A stretch of DNA of 64,000 bases from Strigamia acuminata (Eukaryota): NCBI GenBank assembly GCA_949358305.1, contig OX442314.1, positions 11,222,001 through 11,286,000 of the forward strand, read 5' to 3'. How positions within the stretch are numbered: the first letter of the stretch is position 1; each line of letters starts with the position of its first letter. The notes beneath the pieces were generated by a model. The model did no database searches, was not told the origin of the DNA, and saw nothing but the letters and a program-made list of their open reading frames with translations. The translations under genes and the position numbers were made by a program. Positions 59,540 through 64,000 of the stretch are shown in pieces.

Positions 59540-61132
59540 TTAAAATTCAGGACTCTCACCATGTTCAGGCGAATTGGGTGCCGTGACGTATTGGGGTTTA
59601 GGGGAAGTGGGAGTTTCTCCTAGCTCCATCGTCAAGTTAAGCGGGAGCTCTGTAACATCGGGGAGGGACTCGTCTGACTCAATAAGCGCGGCAATTTCGG
59701 GGTCGGATAAAGCAACCGCTTCTGTCTGAGAACACAACATATTTACCGCCGCGTTCACTTCCTCCATTTGGAAGACATTCGGGGGTCTCTCGTGTTGCTG
59801 ACCGGAAAAGGGGGGAAGCCCTTTCTCTAACTGCGCGGAGTTGTACGACTCCAAGTACTTGGCAGAATCCAGTGCAAACGCACTTGGAACGTGCTGCATC
59901 CATAAGCGGGTCATTGTTCTGTGCAGAACGAATACCCGCTCCCATGACGCGTCCCAGACATCACACCTGATGTGGTACGCAGGGTGGAGATCAACCAATC
60001 CCAAAATTGCGATCTGACCTCGCTTTAATTTGCCGATTAATGCAAAGTACCCTCCAAACCTATTTGCTACGTTAAGAATCGCTCGCCCCATCTCGTACAT
60101 ATAACCGCTCAAAGCTGGGACGACACCTCGGCAGCGTATCATCATCATCTCGGGAGATAATAAAAATACGGGGGAAAAGGTCGGCATGTTTAATTCACCC
60201 GGGTCCTCGATATCCTCATAAGGGGTTGCTCTTACGTCTAACGGCTTGCCTTTTATCGTGGCCTCTAACCGTCGTATCTTTTCATGAGCGGATGCAAGTG
60301 CATCGGTTAACAAGGCCAACTGTTTAGTTAGGCGGGCGTGCTCGGCAGGGTCAATTGGTGTGGTGGGTTCGGCCGTGCTCAGCAAGATCTTGTCTAAATT
60401 TAACTTTGTGCTTTCAATGTGCCAATCTACATCAGTGGGAGAGTTGGCACCGAGAAGAAAAAGGGGTGGAGCAGCCACCTCCAGGGAATGCTTATCTGGG
60501 TTCACAACGAAAAAACACTTGCTACAGAGGGACCAACGGCGCGCGGCAGACGACCAGGCCGTCATGACCATAATATTTTTTATCCCTGGTAACCAGGGAG
60601 ATCCTCGGGGCCGTTTTCCCTCACCCCGACAGTTGATGCAGGCCATGAGATGCTGTCCCCCATATGCGCCGCACATCCAACTGCTGCCGGTGCAGCAAGG
60701 GCACTGCACGAAGTAGCGGGTGTCAAAATTTGGGACCAAATGGGGAATACCTTTACCCACATCATCGTCACACTTGTCTCGGCGCTTGACTACCAAATCA
60801 ATTTTAGCTGCGGAGGCGTCACTTCTAAGTTCATGCCACTTGTACGATTGGGACTTGCTGGCTTCCGTTGCTGTTACTGGTCGCTTGAAGTCACCGTACG
60901 GATTGTCCGGAGATCTTGGTTCTACGAAGCGTAATGCTCCACGGGGACGACTAAACCTCCTTTGCATCAAAGCGGGAATGGGAGGCGGTGTTTCCAAATC
61001 CTCCTCAGCGCATCGCGGAGCCTTGACAGGTGGCTCGTCGGTAGGAAGGGGTTCCTTGACAGCGAGCATTCGCTTCCTCGGGTCCGGGTTGATGCGGCCG
61101 ACTCGTGGTTTAAAACCTCCCCGCGAATACAT
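59540..61132 (-). CDS. Accessory ORF3 of element 2 (530 aa; CxxCxG...CxxCxGxG zinc module, coiled coil; not env-like)
   Basis: Intact ORF in the same sense as pol; CPCCTGS...CINCRGEG, CSKC, heptad helix LTKQLALLTDALASAHEKIRRLEATIK, acidic Pro-rich tail. Confidence 0.75.
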   Translation of the reverse strand: MYSRGGFKPRVGRINPDPRKRMLAVKEPLPTDEPPVKAPRCAEEDLETPPPIPALMQRRFSRPRGALRFVEPRSPDNPYGDFKRPVTATEASKSQSYKWHELRSDASAAKIDLVVKRRDKCDDDVGKGIPHLVPNFDTRYFVQCPCCTGSSWMCGAYGGQHLMACINCRGEGKRPRGSPWLPGIKNIMVMTAWSSAARRWSLCSKCFFVVNPDKHSLEVAAPPLFLLGANSPTDVDWHIESTKLNLDKILLSTAEPTTPIDPAEHARLTKQLALLTDALASAHEKIRRLEATIKGKPLDVRATPYEDIEDPGELNMPTFSPVFLLSPEMMMIRCRGVVPALSGYMYEMGRAILNVANRFGGYFALIGKLKRGQIAILGLVDLHPAYHIRCDVWDASWERVFVLHRTMTRLWMQHVPSAFALDSAKYLESYNSAQLEKGLPPFSGQQHERPPNVFQMEEVNAAVNMLCSQTEAVALSDPEIAALIESDESLPDVTELPLNLTMELGETPTSPKPQYVTAPNSPEHGESPEF

Positions 61133-62559
61133 CTACTTGTGTAAAGTAAACACCAAATGGACCAAATCAGTAAGATAATTCCAACATATCCCAAAACGCG
61201 AGAGAACTTATAAAGAAATATACTAATATATTCTCATGAAAGGCTGTTGAAACTCGTCTTTATGATTGGGAATAAATTAAAAGGGTCCAAGCTTTTTTTT
61301 TTTTTTTTTTTTTTTTTAAGTTATGTTTTAAAACAAAATTACGCGGGACAATTATCCTGTGCGCCATCTGTTGATCAGATAAGCCATAAAATAACTAACT
61401 ATCACTAATGACATCTGGTGGCGGATTTCTACTGAACGCGCCATCTTTAATTTTCTTTGAATTCGGAGGTTTAAGCTTTAAAATTATGCGCATGGAAAAT
61501 CTATAATTACGCCAAATTGATCGCTAAAACTTCCGTAAAGCGGTTAAAATTAAATCAATGAATCGATTCTTACAAGGAAAACTGCTTAAAATCTGCACGG
61601 GTAATTTAAGTGTGCGGCGTGTAGATACACGGTAATCAAAAACTGGCAAACGCGAATTTTGGGGCAAAAATACTGATTAAAATAATAATCAATCAACGAG
61701 AATATACAGTAAAATGGTATAACGAACAAACTTACGGTTGTGTGCACAACGCTGTCGAATAATCAGAGACTAACACTGGAAGTACGCACGTGCTTCCGAT
61801 CGGTGTGTAAACGTAAAAGAACGCTAGATGACAGAAAATTTATCCGAATGACATAAACAAGATATCGGAAAGGAGTGAATCTTTTTTAACCACAAAATAT
61901 CTTACACGAGAGGATCCAGCGGTTGAATAACGGTCGAGGGACGCGTGGCGATAAATCGAAACTAACGCCGTAAAAGCTGGAAAATTGCTAATTTCAACAC
62001 CACATATATCCGAAACAATTTGATTAATGCATTTACCCAAGTAGAGGCGGAAATATATCCAAGGAAGGTCGGAATAAACGAAGCTGCCGGTGTTCCAGGA
62101 TCGGACGAGAAACTAACGTGTAGTAGAAGTTTTGCAAAGAACTAGTCAACCGGAAATGGACTTAAGCTGGTGTGGAATCTCTAAAGACAATAGGGGTGAC
62201 AAATGACGTCAACAGTCATGATACCACAGATGCTAGGAATCATAAATTCTGAAGTAGAGGGGGAAATCAAAGTTCGACCACTAATTGTTGTCAGCTGCAA
62301 ATGCAACATGAACCCTGCTAATCCGAAGAAGTAGGAAGTTGGAAGTGCAACTAAAGCTTGACCCACATTTAATAAAATTGAAACGACAATTATTTTGGAA
62401 AGTACGAATAAAATAAAATGAGAGAAACCGACTAGGTTTTTCTAAAGTGAATGCGAACTGTCCTTTTTATATTTGAAGAAGTCAAAACAATAATAATCAA
62501 CTAAATAAATTAGCTAAATTCAAACTCAAGCAAAATCTACAACAACGAGATTCGAAATC

Positions 62560-64000
62560 TTACGCGGGATTCTCGGAATCGAGACACCTGACAAAATCTT
62601 TAGTGTAACGTGGGTTGACAACACGTGGTCGCTTCGAAGTTCGGGGTTCGACGTCATCACGTCTCGGCGTTACAATACGCGTGGTAAGCGGAGTGACGTC
62701 AGTCGCGAGTTCCATTGGTTCTGCTTGCTCCGAACTTGGACTTGGTAAATTTTCATCGTTTTCCATCCAACTGGGAGTCGGGTGTGCCGAATCCGTGCCG
62801 TGTGTCTGGTTTTCGACCCACTCTTCAATCGGGTATTCCGGTAAATAGGGGGTAAGGTGCTTGATATTAATAGAATTCTCTATTGTGCCATCTTCTAACT
62901 TTTCCAGGCGATAAGCGGTACCGCCTAGTATCTTTATAATTTTCCAGGGTCCGTCTCGTACTTCGGCCATTTTTGCTGAAAACTGCCGGTCGGCATTTGA
63001 CAAATGATGCGTCTTTCGCCAAACTAAATCGTCTAAATCGAACGTTCCGATCCGGTATTTCTTGTGATGAATTTTCCTATGTTTCTCATAATTTTCTTGA
63101 ATTTTAGTGAACATCACGTTTTGTGCGAGGCGAATCGTATTCTGAATCGACGCGATATACTTCTCGGGGTCGTTGGGATCGAGTTTGACGGAATTATTCA
63201 ACGTATTGGGATTCCAAGGTGGGGTAATTATTCTTCCTGAATTTAATAGCAATGGCGTTGAGCCTGTTGCCTCTGAAATGGATGTACGTGTTGCGAACGC
63301 AAAATCGTGAATAAGTTCGTGCCAATTTTTGTGCACGTCACTGAACAGAGCTATCATCACTTTCAAATTTCGGTTGGCCCTTTCAGTTGGGTTGGCCGAG
63401 GGATTGTAGGTGCTTGTGTGCTTTACTGTTATGCCCTGTCGTTCACAGAATTTTCTGTAAATCAGGGCGCAGAATTGGGGGCCGTTGTCACTTATAATCT
63501 TTTTGGGTGAGCCATGTCTACATGCAACCTCATGTAGCTTTTCCACAATTATTTTGGCTGAAGCTGTATGCAGCGCAAATACTTCGATATATTTCGTTGC
63601 ATTGTCCATGATTACAAGTAACCATTTAAACTTATTACCTGGTTTGGGACCCATTAAATCTACTGTGACCGTTTCCCAAGGAAATGTCATACCTAAAGGC
63701 ACGTATTCGCCGGCAAGGGGCTTTCTTTGTAGAGGCTTATACATCTGGCAATGTTGACAACCTGTCACATAACCACGTACGTCACGGGACATACCAAACC
63801 AATGATATAACATCTTTGCTCTGTCTAGAGTCTTTGCTACACCTGAGTGGCCTGCCATTGGGTGCCCGTGGCACGCAAATAACGCACGCTTAAGTAAACT
63901 GCGAGGCATTGCAGCCTTGAACCCATTTCCGGTATCCAACAATTCCTCGTCGAACGTCGGAGCAAATCTCGCAAGTAGATCGCCATCCATCATATAATGG
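62560..64000 (-). CDS. pol: Pol C-terminus (integrase) of element 2, partial
   Basis: HGHPMAGHSG...CQHC zinc finger, VDLMGP, SDNGPQF, ANPTERANR, DGPWKI. Confidence 0.95.
   Translation of the reverse strand, partial: HYMMDGDLLARFAPTFDEELLDTGNGFKAAMPRSLLKRALFACHGHPMAGHSGVAKTLDRAKMLYHWFGMSRDVRGYVTGCQHCQMYKPLQRKPLAGEYVPLGMTFPWETVTVDLMGPKPGNKFKWLLVIMDNATKYIEVFALHTASAKIIVEKLHEVACRHGSPKKIISDNGPQFCALIYRKFCERQGITVKHTSTYNPSANPTERANRNLKVMIALFSDVHKNWHELIHDFAFATRTSISEATGSTPLLLNSGRIITPPWNPNTLNNSVKLDPNDPEKYIASIQNTIRLAQNVMFTKIQENYEKHRKIHHKKYRIGTFDLDDLVWRKTHHLSNADRQFSAKMAEVRDGPWKIIKILGGTAYRLEKLEDGTIENSINIKHLTPYLPEYPIEEWVENQTHGTDSAHPTPSWMENDENLPSPSSEQAEPMELATDVTPLTTRIVTPRRDDVEPRTSKRPRVVNPRYTKDFVRCLDSENPA

Larger units (their letters stand above)
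56596..64000 (-). mobile_element. Second Ty3/Gypsy element (3' portion: integrase, extra ORF, putative 3' LTR); continues beyond the right edge
   Basis: Integrase ORF on the minus strand, followed by a 530-aa ORF and a segment bounded by the inverted termini TGTGACGG/CCGTCACA. Confidence 0.8.

Noticed and set aside
61293..61317. Poly(T)/poly(A) run as the tail of a captured mRNA
   Set aside because: No upstream poly(A) signal or TSD; long mononucleotide runs are common throughout the window

Overview
This is AT-rich eukaryotic (invertebrate, probably arthropod) genomic DNA with short GT-AG introns. No rRNA, tRNA or CRISPR features were seen. The left half (1-32 kb) is a compact gene block: a tandem-repeat galectin running off the left edge, a multi-exon MAPKBP1/WDR62-family gene, three tandem cyclin K paralogues with ALG14 between two of them, GINS1/Psf1, and an intronless LRR membrane protein. 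The right half (33-64 kb) is a tandem array of an intronless ~486-aa gene family with a SOCS-box-like N-terminus. It holds two intact copies, one nonsense copy, one internally deleted copy and one unit missing its whole CDS. The array is interrupted by several MITEs, a complete and apparently very young 10.7-kb Ty3/Gypsy element, and the 3' part of a second, divergent Gypsy element. The top observation is that both Gypsy elements carry a non-env extra ORF after pol, and both ORFs share a DnaJ-like CxxCxG...CxxCxGEG zinc-binding module. There are also signs of spliced antisense transcription out of the 3' LTR. All calls come from reading the sequence by eye; no database searches were run.
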